Shown: positions 1 through 13,065, counted from the first letter of the whole stretch. The stretch is DNA of 62,576 bases, filler included, from Choristocarpus tenellus KU-1152 (GCA_964200185.2; 10 parts of 10 records of this genome joined end to end with filler, not necessarily neighbours in it); one strand, 5' to 3'. Notes: a model not told the origin generated them from the sequence alone. Translations and numbers: made by a program.

Positions 1-1469
1 GGTGGTGGGTGGGGGGGGGTGGGGGGGGGGGGGTGGGGGGTTCTTGGACCAGAGGAGTGGGGTGGGTGGGGTGTGAATTTTGGCCTGGGATATTGTGTGG
101 TGAAAAGAGGTGGATTTGAGATGCAGTGGCATTATTCAAACGGGTTATGAGCCCTCCAGGTAGAGGTGTCTTTGGGTGGTAAGGGTGGTGTAGGTGTGAT
201 TGAAAAGCGTGGGAATGGGTAAGTGTGTTCCACAGTAGGGGCATGTGAGAGGGTGGTTGGCATCTTTGCAGAGGCTAACCATGCAGTTGAGGTGGAGTGA
301 GCACCCACAAGGGAGGGTGCCTTGGTGGTGTGGGGAGAGAGGCTCTAGACAGCTAGGGCAGGGAGGAAAAGAAGGGGAAGGGGAAGGGGTGGGGGGTGTG
401 AGATGGAGAGCAAGCAGAATGGTGGGATGGTAAAAGGGGTGGAGGACGATTGTGAGTGGATGGGTTCCAGCATGGCTTCAGTTTCCACACTCCTCTCCAT
501 GGCAGTGTAGTAGTGTTCTGGGCTGGCAGGGGTGGGACAGGTGGGGCACGGGATGGGATGCAGGGGCCTGGCACTGAGGTATAGAGCCGAGGCACAGCCC
601 AGATCCAATGAGTGTGTGGAGGAGAAAGGGAGTACTGACTATTGTATCTCGGAAAAACAGATCACACAGTGTTCCGGTGTGAGCTGACGTGGTTGTTGAG
701 GTGGTTGTGGGTTGGGGTCCCTGGTGGGGGAGGCTGACTTTCGAATCCCAGGAATACCCCTTATCACCGTCTCTCCTGCCTCCTCCTTATTGTAGCCATG
801 TAGGGGCGGTCCCCTCTCCCTGTGACCATCGTTGTGTGCCACTACCGCCTCTCTAGCCCCATCCCCCTGTGTGCTCGTTTGGTTTACTGTCCGGGCTTCA
901 CCATCCTGCAAAGACGAGACCTGTTCGTCTATTCCTGAAGAGGAGTGGTATGCTCTGCATATGTTCCTCCCTCGCCCGTGCCTATCTCGTGGGCCGCCAT
1001 CCCATCCTCGATCACCTCCACCTTGTTCACATGTGAGCTCAATCCGTTCTCCATCCATCCTTCTCCGCTCTGCGAGATTGAAACCTGTGCGTCTATTCCC
1101 AGAGCTGGGTTAAACCCTCCACTTATACTAGTTCCTTCCCCCGCCTGCCTCGTTGGGTTAGAGGGTTAAGGTTAGTTTGTTGTCACCTTCCCCCATCACC
1201 TTCACAACCCCATCCCCTCTCCTTTTCTATATTACTATTTTAGAAACTGTTGAAGATCCAAAATTAAATACAAACACAAATACAATATCGTTGTTTGTTG
1301 ATGTTTGGGTGGTTGAGGTGATTTGTGACTTCAAGACGTATTTTGACTATTAATGGTTACCAGTGGTTTCGCCCTCTGGGGTTGTCCCGCCATAACGTTT
1401 GATGTAGACATCGGATTAAAAAAATAAAAGCATATTCGTGATGCCCTTCACAAGGCCGTCCACAGTAAC

Positions 1470-1650
1470 CACTTCATTTTTGTCCGTTTTGAAGTTGTGA
1501 CCTTCAAAATTGCGGCGGAGATGTTCCCCCGCGTTTTTTGCCATTATTTGATCGGGACATAGCTCCCGTTCCCCGAAGCCTAGATATCGTGGATACAAAC
1601 CTTCAAAAACCCTTGTCATAAGCTTTCATTTGATATATATATATTATATA
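1470..1650. repeat. Dispersed repeat ending in (TA)n, copy 1
   Basis: Closely similar to 6900-7078 on another contig (tttgtccgttttgaagt.gtgaccttcaaaattgc...ctttcatt.gatatatata). Confidence 0.75.
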
Positions 1651-1979
1651 TGTGACGGACAGGTAGGTCCCTTTGGGGCTGATCTCAGTCCAGATACACA
1701 TCCGCGCGCACGCGCACACAAGTGCATTGCGCGCACATTTATTTGTCATTGGTGACGTTCCCACCAACTTCAAACACAGAGAACTCTTGAGGATTCTCAG
1801 ACCTCTTACCGTTGACGATCACCAAGAGGTGAAGTCATCTGGTGGATCTGGGATTCTCTTCAAACTTTCCCTAAGATTTGATGGCTGAGAGAGCTTTGGG
1901 TTTGCTGGAAGCACCTCACCATGACACAGCTGGTGATTCTGAACACCCCCCACGACTGATTGGACCCTGCCTCATGACA
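1651..1979 (+). mobile_element. Putative 5' LTR of the Gypsy element
   Basis: Starts TGTGAC directly after a TA tract, ends ATGACA, and is followed after 1 nt by TGGTACTCACG (PBS-like); the 3' LTR lies beyond the contig end. Confidence 0.5.
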
Positions 1980-1980
1980 G

Positions 1981-1995
1981 TGGTACTCACGCCGA
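1981..1995 (+). promoter_or_regulatory. Putative primer-binding site
   Basis: TGG (complement of tRNA CCA) right after the CA end of the LTR candidate, upstream of a gag-like ATG at 2035. Confidence 0.4.
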
Positions 1996-2034
1996 CAGTC
2001 TAAAGGGGATTTCACCAAGTTAGAAGTCCATATC

Positions 2035-5000
2035 ATGGCAACATCAAATAAAAATGCGGCCGAAGACAAGGACGAGTTTGAGGATGCAAAGGCAACCCTC
2101 AACCTTCTCTAGATAAGATCTCGTCACCTCCACCAAACCCACCTGGCACATCCGCAATCCTTTCGACTGATTTAGTCGAAGGCATACCCTGGGAGACTCA
2201 CAGAAGCAAGAAAGAGAGGCAACAGACAAACCAAGGTCCCTTTCCATTTTCTTTGGGATCCGACCCAGAAGTGGACAACCAAGTTGTTTATCAAATCGGC
2301 CACCTGATGATGCATTTGAACACTGTCTCAATCACATCTTTCTAACAATTCTTTGGGCTCCAACCCTGGAGTGAAAAAATCTACAATGGTTCATCACTCA
2401 AAATGGCCAATTATAATCCACTGCCTCAGACTCATTTTGTTAATGCAATAACATCCTCAGCAATGAAGCATTCTTCAAAAATTATTGGAACAGTGGGTGA
2501 AGACTTCGTAGCATCTCGTTTGTGTTGCACCAAGTCAGTGTGTTGGCATACATCTTCAATTCAATATTACTCTAAACACCCTTGTACCTTGCAGGTTTTA
2601 TCTCGTCAAGTATCAATTCCTGGCAAAATTGATGAAGATTCAGTTTCACACATCACAGTTGATACCACAACTGACATCCCGGTCATTAGCTATTGTTACA
2701 TGCAAGCTCATCCCACCCTTTGTTCTGCTCACATCAGTCCTATACCAGATAGTGCCTTATATTTAAAAGGAGCTGGGGGAAGACCTCTGGAAGTACATAG
2801 CTATATTCAATTTCAATTAACCTTGGGAATAAAACATTACCTGTTCGAGCAGTTGTTCTACCCTCCCTAGGTGTTGACAAAAAACTTTTGGACAACAGTA
2901 TCATGACTGCTTTTGGAGCGAATTTGGATTGGGGTGGAGAAGAAATAACTTTTCTGGGAGAACAGTTTGCATCCCAGTCACTCGTAAGATTTCTCCTATA
3001 CCCATTATTAATCCATCAACCATCAGTCAGAATACTGCTCAAACCTTTTCAACAAACATGACAGTGGCTATAGTTTCAACTGAGTTCACCGTACCTGTAC
3101 ATGTAAGACATAAAACCATATTTACCCCCGGGAAACGAAACTGTTGTTTCATTGTGCTCTCAGGCCTTACCTGGATCAGCCAAAGACGCTGTAGTGGAGC
3201 CCATTGTCAAGATGAGCATGGACTTCATCAACAAGGAATATCACCACTCTCCATGGAAAGATATCATGGTCAATTGGTTTTTAATTGTTTGGAGGGAGGA
3301 TGGATCTTGCCTAGGCAAAATTGCCAACCCTTCCAACCATGGTGTTAAGATACTTCCTCAATTTGTTGTAGGTCATATAGCACCAGTGGATCAAATTCAC
3401 ACGTTTCTGAAGCACAGACCATTACCATAGCAGCTACTCCGAACACTCCAGAGGAGTTTAAACAAGCCCATGATGAGTTAAAAGAAGTTTTCGGTAAAAA
3501 AGCCCTGGTAGATACAGTGTTATCTGATAACGAACAATAAGGACTACTTGACCTTGTTGCCAAATATGGACCTGTATTTTCACTCACTTCTGGGGAACTA
3601 GGCTGTTGCAATAATACCAGCCTTGAATTTCCACTTAAACCAGGTACAGTTCCTGTGAATCATCCACCATATCGGACTGCACCCAAAATACGCGAAACAA
3701 TACGTAGTTGTGTGGAGAACATGGAAAATCAGGGAATAATTCAACCCTCCTCAAGTTCTTGGGCGTCACCAGTACCCATAGTTACAAAACCTGATGGGTC
3801 TCCTCGATTCTGTGTAGACTTTAGGCTCTCAATGAACAAAAACTTGGTACGTAATTCCTGGCTGTTACCATCTGTGGAAGATTGTTTGGGTGCACTAGGG
3901 GGAGCAAAATACCTGTCGTGCCTTGATATTCAGCCAGCCTACTGGCAACTACTACTACCCCTCACTGGCGCCAGCGAATGCCAAAAAAACTGCCTTTGAC
4001 ACACCGGATGGAAATACGAATTCAAAAGGCTACCCTTTGGTGTTGCTAACGCACCATGGATATGTCAACGCTTCATGTCGAAAACATTTTCGACTCTAGG
4101 ACCGAGTCTGGGCTTACTGATTTATCTTGATGATATTGTACTAGCCTCCCTAACATGGAACCATCATATCCAACTTCTTGAGAGTGCATTGTCGTTACTG
4201 CAGCAAGTAAGGGTTACCCTCAAACCCTCTAAAGTCCAATTTCGCTCAAAATCAATTCATTATTTGGGACATGAAGTCAGCCCCAGTGGTACTGCTATAT
4301 CACCAGATCGATTCCAGGCTATTACCGCTCTGAAAGCGCCTAAATCTGCGAAAGAATTACAATCCTTTCTAGGTTCCATGAACTTTGTTAGGAAATATAT
4401 TCCCCATTTTGGCTACAATAACCAAGCCCCTGGTGTCACTTACAAGGAAAAGTACAAAAACGTCTGGAAGGGACAAAAGTCTATCTCAACTATGGGGCCG
4501 ACCACAGCAAAATTCATTTAATGAGTGTAAGAGTCTGTTAACTATGGCGCCAGTGTTAAGCTTTCCAGACTTTACTTGAGAGTTCTTTATTCACGTGGAT
4601 GCTAGCGATCTTGGCATGGGAGCTTTCTTGGCGCATAAAAATGAGGACGATAATTTCCAAATTGTAGCCTACCATAGTCCTCTTTTTAAGCCAACCCAAA
4701 GACGATATTCAGCAACTCAGAAATAATGTCTGGCTGTCAACCTTGCCATTACACATGGGCACCCATATATTCGGGGAAAACACTTTACAGTTATAAATGA
4801 TCATTCGGCATTACGTTGGTTACATACAATGCAAGATACTTCCTATATGTTGACCAGGTGGGCCTTAGCCTTACAAGCTTTTGAATTCACAGTTTTACAT
4901 AAACCGGGACGTTTACACTACATTCCGGAAATGTTATCCCGGACACGGTTGGAGGAATTTATGTTCGATGAAACACCACTTCCACTAGCCCCACTGTGCC

Positions 5001-6266
5001 ATAATACAGACCAACGGAGTCGGATGTCTCCACATCCAAGGTTTACCCTGCATATGGTCTATCAGTGGATAAACTAGGTGAAATCGCCAGAGTACAAAAC
5101 AATACGGAACTATTCACTGGCACTGTTAATGTTTTCCCAAAGGTGGATCCTGAAGTACTATTCAAAGCTCAACAAGCTCAACATGGAGACTATTTCAAAT
5201 GTTTGGCTAATCCAGAAAAAGCCCCCTTACCAAAAAAACGAAACAATGTATACCATCCATGTCTTACTTCTTCACACGAGAAATGGAAGGCAAACAGATG
5301 TTACACAAATCGTATCAACCCGGTCACCTTCGAAATAACGATAAATTCTGAGATCAATTAGTGGTATCCACTGAGAAACAAGGTTTAATACTCCATACTC
5401 TTCATGATCATAAGGTCCCAGGACGTCTTACATTCAAGCACACTTTTGACTGGATTCGTGACCGTTTTTGGTGGCTGCCCACTTTACATAAAGATGTTAG
5501 AGCTTGGTGTGAAACATGTCAATCATGCCAAATCGGCAAGACAACCCCGTCTAACCTATCAAACCATCCAAGGCATATATGCCAGTAAGACACCCATTTC
5601 AGAGAGTGGCAATTGATTTGGCAAAGTATAAAACTCAGAGAAAAATACTTATGCCTTGTCTGCTGTCGACCGTTTAACGAGGTTTGCTTTGCTCAGTGCT
5701 ATTCCTGACAAACAAGAGGCAACTGTAGCAAAAGCATCAACAGAACGAGTGTTTTCTATTTTTGGCGCCCCAGAAACCTTACACTCAGACCAGGGTAAAG
5801 AGTTTGAAAATATACTGATCCTAGAACTTCAAAAGATCTATGGATACAAGAAAAGAAAAACACTGTATTGACCTCAAGGCAATAGCATTCTTGAAAGAAT
5901 TCATAAGACAATGCATGACATGCTAGCTATGTATCCAATATGAAGCAATCGGATTGGGTGTCATTATTGCCTTTTGTGCAACTGGCTCACAATACCGCTT
6001 ATAATACCACTGTACAAGAAGCACCCTTTTACTTAATGTTTGGGAGACGTCCCACATTACTAATCAATGTCATTTTGGGAGAACCAGAGGCCATGCCCAT
6101 ATCTGCCCAGGAGTACAGTAAGCAAACAGTTTATAATTTGCAACTGGCATATGAACTGGCTAGACAGAATATTGGTGAGATGGCTTTGCGCAACGAGTCC
6201 AAGGCCACTGAACACACCATTCCTATTTATGAAGTTGGTGCTAAGGTGTGGCTACACAAACCCCAC
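2035..6266 (+). mobile_element. Degenerate Ty3/Gypsy gag-pol (protease-RT-RNaseH-integrase), 3' truncated
   Basis: RT motifs PSSSSWASP..VTKPDGSPRFCVDFR and YLDDI; RNase H HVDAS..YSATQK; integrase PETLHSDQGKEF and QEAPFYLMFGR; RT-RH-INT order; many stops and frameshifts. Confidence 0.95.
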
Positions 6267-6366
6267 NNNNNNNNNNNNNNNNNNNNNNNNNNNNNNNNNN
6301 NNNNNNNNNNTTAATTAATTAANNNNNNNNNNNNNNNNNNNNNNNNNNNNNNNNNNNNNNNNNNNN
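6267..6366. other. Artificial contig linker; also at 11208-11307, 19068-19167, 21710-21809, 34494-34593, 39631-39730, 51807-51906, 55172-55271, 58552-58651
   Basis: Identical N44-TTAATTAATTAA-N44 block (six-frame stop linker). Confidence 0.99.
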
Positions 6367-6899
6367 CGCCGTGACCAGGCTTCCCCACAGACTTCGTCAC
6401 TGTACCACACCCGGTGATGGACTCGCTGCTCTCTTCCTGCTTTCCCGAGGCGGCAGAGATTGCAGAGCAGTGCTCCGACGTGGTTGAAGATCCAACCACG
6501 ATTTGATTGTGTGGTAATACTTTCCATGCATCTTCTCTCAGCGTCAGTGTCGCGGCCGTGTGGTCCATTGTGCGATTTGATCATGCTGCTGCGCCACAGT
6601 ACAATCACTTTCTCATCACCTAACATCGCACTGAATGTCATACGGTACTTGTTTTTTGGTCACCTCTCGACAGAGAAGATGCCGAGGGCAGATCCTGGGG
6701 GCAGAGTGGCCTTGGCGGCTCTCCTTCTCTCACCGTTGTGGTCCATATTGCTGTGTGGGTCACCTGTGTGTGTGTTCACAGAAAGTCTGCAAAAGGCGTA
6801 AAAAGATGTCCGGAAATCTTGAAAAAAAATTGGTACAGCCGCACAGCCAAACTTGGGCAGGGACTTACCCCGGACCAGTTTTCTGCAAGGAGTTCAGCC

Positions 6900-7078
6900 A
6901 ACCACTTCATCTTTGTCCGTTTTGAAGTCGTGACCTTCAAAATTGCACCGGAGTTATTCCCCCGCGTTTTTGCCATTATTTGATCGGGACATAGCTCCTG
7001 TTCTCCGAAGCCTGAACATTCGTGGATACAAACCTTCCAAAGCTCTTGTCATACCCTTTCATTCGATATATATATAAT
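6900..7078. repeat. Dispersed repeat ending in (TA)n, copy 2
   Basis: Matches 1470-1650. Confidence 0.75.
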
Positions 7079-7589
7079 GTTGAATATCTGTTGCGGCTGC
7101 ACGTGAAAAAAATCGAGATTGCCACAGACCGCGAAGCTACTGGTACCACTTTATGAAATCTAGGACTTAAAGGTCATAATGGCGTTTTTGAAGCAGGTAT
7201 TAAGACTCATCGCCTGTAACACATCCGTTCATTAAGATATGTACTTCAATGGTGGTTTGTGGCAGGATTGATTCAATCTCTGCCAAACCCACCCCATATT
7301 TACCGTTTTGGTCTCTCTCCACTGTTAAGAAAAATATTTTAATTATTATGCCCTTGGATATTTTCCAGATGTGTCAGGGGAAGAAGCAGTAAAAACCATT
7401 CGCATGTCAGAATAACCCCCAAAAAAGTAACAGTTGTCGAAAATGTGAAAGATATTAGTCTATTTTCGATTTTACTACCACCTATACTATATTAAACCAT
7501 TGCTTTCCTGTGCCTCCAACCTAGCTTAGTCCTGCACCCCAGGGTGAGGACCTAGAGAAGCATCCCAAGAATCTAGCAAGCCCCTCCTT

Positions 7590-8101
7590 GTCTGGTGTAT
7601 CTAGCTTAAAACGCATGACATGTCTAGATAGGGCTACTTGCGTTGTGACTGAGACTATCTGGGGTGGACGGGATTTGACAGTCCCTTTTCTCCTGTAGCC
7701 TCCTGTCCCTCTCCCCCGTACTGCGTGCGTAGCTGGCTTATCCAGACAACTTTCCACTTGCTTACCAAGGTGCCCAAAAATTTCCACTGCAAAGGTGTTG
7801 AGGTTATAACTACGAGGGTCAAAGATCCCTCATAGTGGGTGTAGCGTTTTCGTGCCTCAGCTGCGGCAGCAGCTGCACCATTACTGGTGGATGAGTATGG
7901 GACATGAGATGCTGCCTGCACTTCTGTAAAAGTAACGTCTAGAAGGCCTTTATGCTGGCAGGGGACTGATCCAGCGTCCGCTAGTGCCCCAGCATGGAAG
8001 ACCAGATCTATGTGGAAACTTCTGTCCACTGTAAATGGGTTACCATCCTCCATAGTGGACTTCAACGCTTCACCATTGGTGTGTGTTGGCGAACCTGTCA
8101 T
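7590..8101 (-). mobile_element. 3' fragment of a CRE-like non-LTR retrotransposon (restriction-like endonuclease domain)
   Basis: LLDVTF..AAAAAAEARKR..HY, then after a frameshift FAVEIFGHLG..QIVSVTTQVALSR; typical C-terminus of RLE-bearing CRE-clade elements. Confidence 0.7.
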
Positions 8102-8702
8102 CCTGCCCTAGGGCAGGTAATATTGTACTTTTAGTCGCAGTGAAGAGAAGAAATCCTACTCCTCGTCTCTTCTACCCATGATAACTGCTACTGTTATGGA
8201 AGAAAACAACAGCAATGGCGGAAAAAGGCAAAGTAGTTATTTCTTCCAACAATTTTGAATGAAGCCATAACGGAAACGCGATCGAAGTGTGACATCCAGA
8301 AGAATACCTTTTTTTGGTGGAAAGTGGACTTTTTCTCGACTATCCGTATCTCCAAATTGAATTATATTTAAGTTTTATACTAAAACAAAAACTAGAAATG
8401 AACAACACAACACTCTTCTACAATGTCCCCTTTACGTCGTGCGTTCCCCCTGCTTAGTACAGCGACACTTCACCAAGCCTCACATGTGTGTTCAACATCG
8501 CTTGGCTAACTTCTTTCCTTTCACTTAAACTCACTTGTCTTTCAGTCCCTCCTCAAAAGCTGAAAGTTAGGCGTCGTGTTTGAGAAGTACTTCACCTTCC
8601 TGCTAATTTTGTCCGTACCACTGTATCTGGAAGGTACTGCGGCTCTCTAGTCCAAGGGCTACATTGACCAACCCAAGGATATCGAGACCAGTCGTGAGGA
8701 AG

Positions 8703-10379
8703 ATGGCGGATTACACGACCATGTGTGTACACTTTCGCTAACCTGGACGTACCAACCTCCCCTGCGACATATAGTTTTAGTTACTCCACATGTTCCGATC
8801 CAACATTTGCAAGTTGTTATCTACGATCACAGCGCAAAGGCCTTCGTCTTACCCGTAATTCTGTCTGTCTGACTTGTGAAAGGCAACTGGATTGCTCTTG
8901 TGTTGTGCTGACTTTTCACTTCCTTACTTACCGCAAAAGCTGGTGGTTCCTCTCGCACAACGACTAGGCTGACCCGTATTCTTCTCTCACTAATTTATCC
9001 GGAGTGCTGTTGAGATGCTGCTAATGCTCCACCCGAATCTTCTGCCGTCAGCCTAACACACTATTCATAGACATGCATGAAGCTGATGCGTATGTTTGGA
9101 ACCTGTAGGATAGGGGGACCAGTGGAGGAGGCACGTATAGTAGTTATCGCGGAGGAGGATGACAGCACGCTGAAAGAGTTGGATGCCCTGCCCCCCAAGA
9201 GCTCAGTCATCTTCAGGGGATCTAATTCGGCCGAGTTCGACACCGCTGATGGGAGGCGTGCGCTTGGCGAGGCTAACGTCCTTCTCAATTGCATTGGTGA
9301 TGTTGCCTCAGTTGGTCGTATCAATGCATCTTTAATTATATTGGTGGTTGCAGTGGTATAACGTAGTTTTGTATTAAATGAACTTTACTGACTAAGAGAT
9401 TTCAGCTTGCTTACTCGTTGACCTCTTATTTTGCAAACGAGGCTAGCCAGTCCAGATCGTACACCTCTTCGATATGGGTGGTTGTGGACTCAAACAGCGC
9501 CCCCGCATTTTAAACCTCCCTGATTCCTCAGCTGGGCCAAACTACTATTGAAAAGAACAGCAGAAACACAGAAAATATATCCTAGTGTATTGCGTCTGAT
9601 GAAACATTGTTTCTTCAGTTTGTATGATTCTTCAAAATGTTCCAAGGTGTATTCCGTGTTTACCCCCCCCATCCCCCCTCCCCCCGAATCCTTCCTCTCC
9701 CCTTCGGCTACAAAAAAAAAAAGGCACAAAGAATCTTTTGAGTGAGCTCTGGCCTATGCTGCCCCAGTTGAAGTGGATGCATAGTCGTTTTGCTGGTGTG
9801 GACCACCTCCTGTTCCCAGAGTTGATAGAGAGCAACGTTGCCCTGACCAATGCTCGGGGACTCTTCAGCCCATCCTTGGCAGAGTATGCCATGTTAGCCT
9901 GCCTGTACTTTGCCAAGGATGTTGACCGATGGAAGAGGCAGCAGGGTGAGAGGAAGTGGGAAAAATTCGTCGTCTCTGAGGTAAAAACAACCCTTCTCCT
10001 TTGTTTCTCTTCCACTGCTCCGTGGTTAATTGTTTCTTTGTGCTTTAAGGGAGTGTAGACTTGTGTTTGACAAACATGGCATGGTCATTAGGGGAGATAG
10101 TAAAAGGAGAGAAGAGGGACTTGGGATTTGATTATTTGTTGAGATTCCTCAACTCCCTTTCTCTTCAATGAATATTGATTCCCCCGCCATTCCCCTGACA
10201 TCCCACCTAATCCTCCCCAGGTGGCAGATAAGACACTGGGTGTGCTAGGGTATGGGGACATAGGGCAGGCATGTGGCCGGCTTGCGAAAGCCTTTGGGAT
10301 GACAGTCCTGGCACAGCGGCGTCGTCCAGAGCTGTCCATTGGAGATGGAGTGGCTGATGAGGTCTTTGGTCCAGATCAG
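8703..10379 (+). CDS. D-isomer-specific 2-hydroxyacid dehydrogenase (3' part missing)
   Basis: Exons 8703-8722, 9109-9296, 9724-9980, 10221-10379 join in phase; WMHSRFAGVD, LTNARG, LAEY and Rossmann GVLGYGDIG motifs; exon 4 ends at a GC donor. Confidence 0.9.
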
Positions 10380-11307
10380 GCATGTGTGTGGTGTGCACTT
10401 CCACAAACACAATATGGAAATTTCTATATCCACCTATTTATCTATATCACTTTTTTCTCCTAACAAGTTGGTTGCAAATTGCGAACAGTAGCAAAAGAAT
10501 AGATGTTGATGACAGGTTTTGGGGAGGAACAGAGTGAGAGGGATTCTGTTGAATTTCATTATTTGTACTTTGAAGTATAGATATATACCTTCACATTGGC
10601 AAGGCAGCGCAGTTTTGACATTGTATTGTTTCTTATCTTGTTTGATGTTTACTGTCAGCATTGAGACTGTGCGGATGCCATACAATCTCAAGGGAATCTT
10701 GCCTCAACAGGCGAAACAATCCCTTCACACTAAACCATTCATTCCAACCTCAAAGATGTTGGTGCATTGTATCAGACATATCTGGCAGGTTGGAGTCGTC
10801 ACAATAATTGTATGTATTTTGTTTTTTTTATGCAATAACATTAAATATTACATTTTTTGCTCTCTACAATAGCCTCCACTGCAAAGTTCTCCTTGTGCAA
10901 CACTGAAGAATTTTGGACTCAATTGTTCAACAAGGAAAGCCTTACTAATCTCTGTTCCAGCACCTTTTTGCACTGATATTGCTTGGTCAAGGGTTGGGGT
11001 TAGGATTGCAGTGTGTGTGATGGGATAGGAATATCTCAAGGGAATCTAAGGTTCTTGATGGGTCAAGGGGTGCTCAGTGTACATTGTGGGCAAGGGATGG
11101 ATTCAACTAGATGCGTTCAACCCCTATCTTCATATACTTGATGAGCAATTTCATTTTTCCAGTATGCCACAACCCAAACGCCAAACTCTGGCTTAAGTAT
11201 CTTGGGGNNNNNNNNNNNNNNNNNNNNNNNNNNNNNNNNNNNNNNNNNNNNTTAATTAATTAANNNNNNNNNNNNNNNNNNNNNNNNNNNNNNNNNNNNN
11301 NNNNNNN

Positions 11308-13065
11308 GTGTCAAGGAGAACGATGCGCAGGTTATGAAGAGGAAAGGGTCGCCACTGCAGCAAATATTCATCACTCGATTGTCGTACTTCCTAAAAGACA
11401 AGAGCGCGCACATACACAGGCAACACGCACTGTAGAATTACCAGAATACTACGAAGGGATTTTCGTTCGACACAACAATGGCCGACTAAATTTTTCATCG
11501 TAGGAGACATTTATTTCACGCTCCTGTGCAATGTGCTGCGACCTGAATAAACTGTGCTTACTACTGCCTACATGATAAAACGCGGTGGCGTTCTGACTTG
11601 CCTAGCAAGCAGGTGGATGCATAACCCCTGCTTGAGAGAAGTGAAGTCGGCAAACTCCTCGGTCGTCAGATAGTTTAGTGAGACTGCATTACGGTCAATC
11701 GTTGGCGACGAGGACTCACACACTTACTTCAGTACCTCGAAGGACTCTGGTTGCAGGGAGTTTACGCCTTGCTGCCATTTTCGTAGAGTTAACTTCGACG
11801 GGGTAGTAACGCCCACCTTCGCGATGGGCAGAAAACGGAAAACATTATGCACCCAGCCAGCGAGGATGAGGCATCGTTATTACCACGCCAACGCAGTATA
11901 TACGTGTGAGGGGGGTGGGGGGTAGGTTTCAGGCAACACCGTCGATAAAACGATTAAGAAATAATTTTTATTGCTCGTCTGTGGTTAACGACACATACAT
12001 ACTACATGGTCATCCGAAGATCAATAAGTTGGTTGACAGGGTATCTAAACGCGGGACAAATATCTCAACTTAGGTTGAATAGTTCGACACATGGATATCT
12101 CGCAACAGCTGTAGCCCAACTAGAGGAGGAGTAGAGCGCGACCATCCCACCAATGTCGACAACTCTCTAACCTTTTGGTACATTCTGCGGATCTCTCCTA
12201 GTGACACTTCTTTCTTCTTCGTCTGTCGCTTGATAGATTCTTGGAGCTTGTGCTGAAAATATATCTTACCGTATAACATGCGCTCAACCACACTCTCTGT
12301 CGCATCGTTGAATGCTATAAGCATGGCGGTGCGGTGGGCGAACGGGACAAGGGTTAGGGGCGATCGCGGGACACACGCGGCCTGCGGCACCAAGAAACAT
12401 GTTGCTGTGGACAGGAATACCACGAGGGATAAAAAAGATGAGCAACGAAAATATCCACAATGGGCTGACTGACAATGAACATAGCAAGGGAAACTCGACA
12501 CCAACTTTGTATATCAGAATAGTCATCAGGCAATCACAGAACAACGAAAACACTACATTACTTCGGTGCTTAGTTGATCAGAACGGTCAGGCGATTATGG
12601 AACAACGAAAATAGTCCATCACCCACCGTTAGCAATTAGCCTCTCTTCCGTTTGCTCGAACTCCGTGTAGATCCGCATGGTGAAAGCATGCTCGGGATCA
12701 AACACTCTCTTCAGCACCGTTACTCTATGGTTTCCGTCCAATACTCGCCCTTCAATAGCCAGCACAGTTTCGGCGTTTAGCTCATCCATATTACCTAAAC
12801 TTTCTCGCTGGATGACAACACTTGAAGCAAACTGATCCAGCCAGCCTTTCTCCTTTATAGACTTATGAACGTGCGCAAGGCCACGCTCGCTTAAAGGACG
12901 CACCATATCTGTGCATGTGACGTGTCCTAGTTTCATCTTGTACGATCCCAGATAATGTTCATCCAATAGCTGGGACATGCCAGTAGGGGGTAGGTCCCGT
13001 GTTCTGGATTCCAAACTTTTCCCATCGTTGGGCGGGTGGGTTGTTGTTCTTGGAATGTTCGACAT
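11308..13065 (-). CDS. Spliced ParB/Sulfiredoxin-domain protein with downstream HTH-like region (3' truncated by the contig end)
   Basis: Exons 13065-12627, 12314-12172, 11816-11728 (or 11602) and 11390-<11308 are all phase-compatible; motifs VRPL..GL..VHKSIKEKGW and RVLDGNHRV. Confidence 0.7.

Noticed and set aside
1-1170. Several overlapping ORFs in G-rich sequence
   Set aside because: Low complexity, no recognisable domain or consistent splice structure
6267-6366. Recurrent TTAATTAATTAA motif between N runs
   Set aside because: Identical synthetic linker joining contigs; not biological, and it voids gene-neighbourhood inferences across it
6367-6800. Minus-strand coding-like fragment next to the dispersed repeat
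   Set aside because: Contains stops and I cannot assign a family; possibly TE interior
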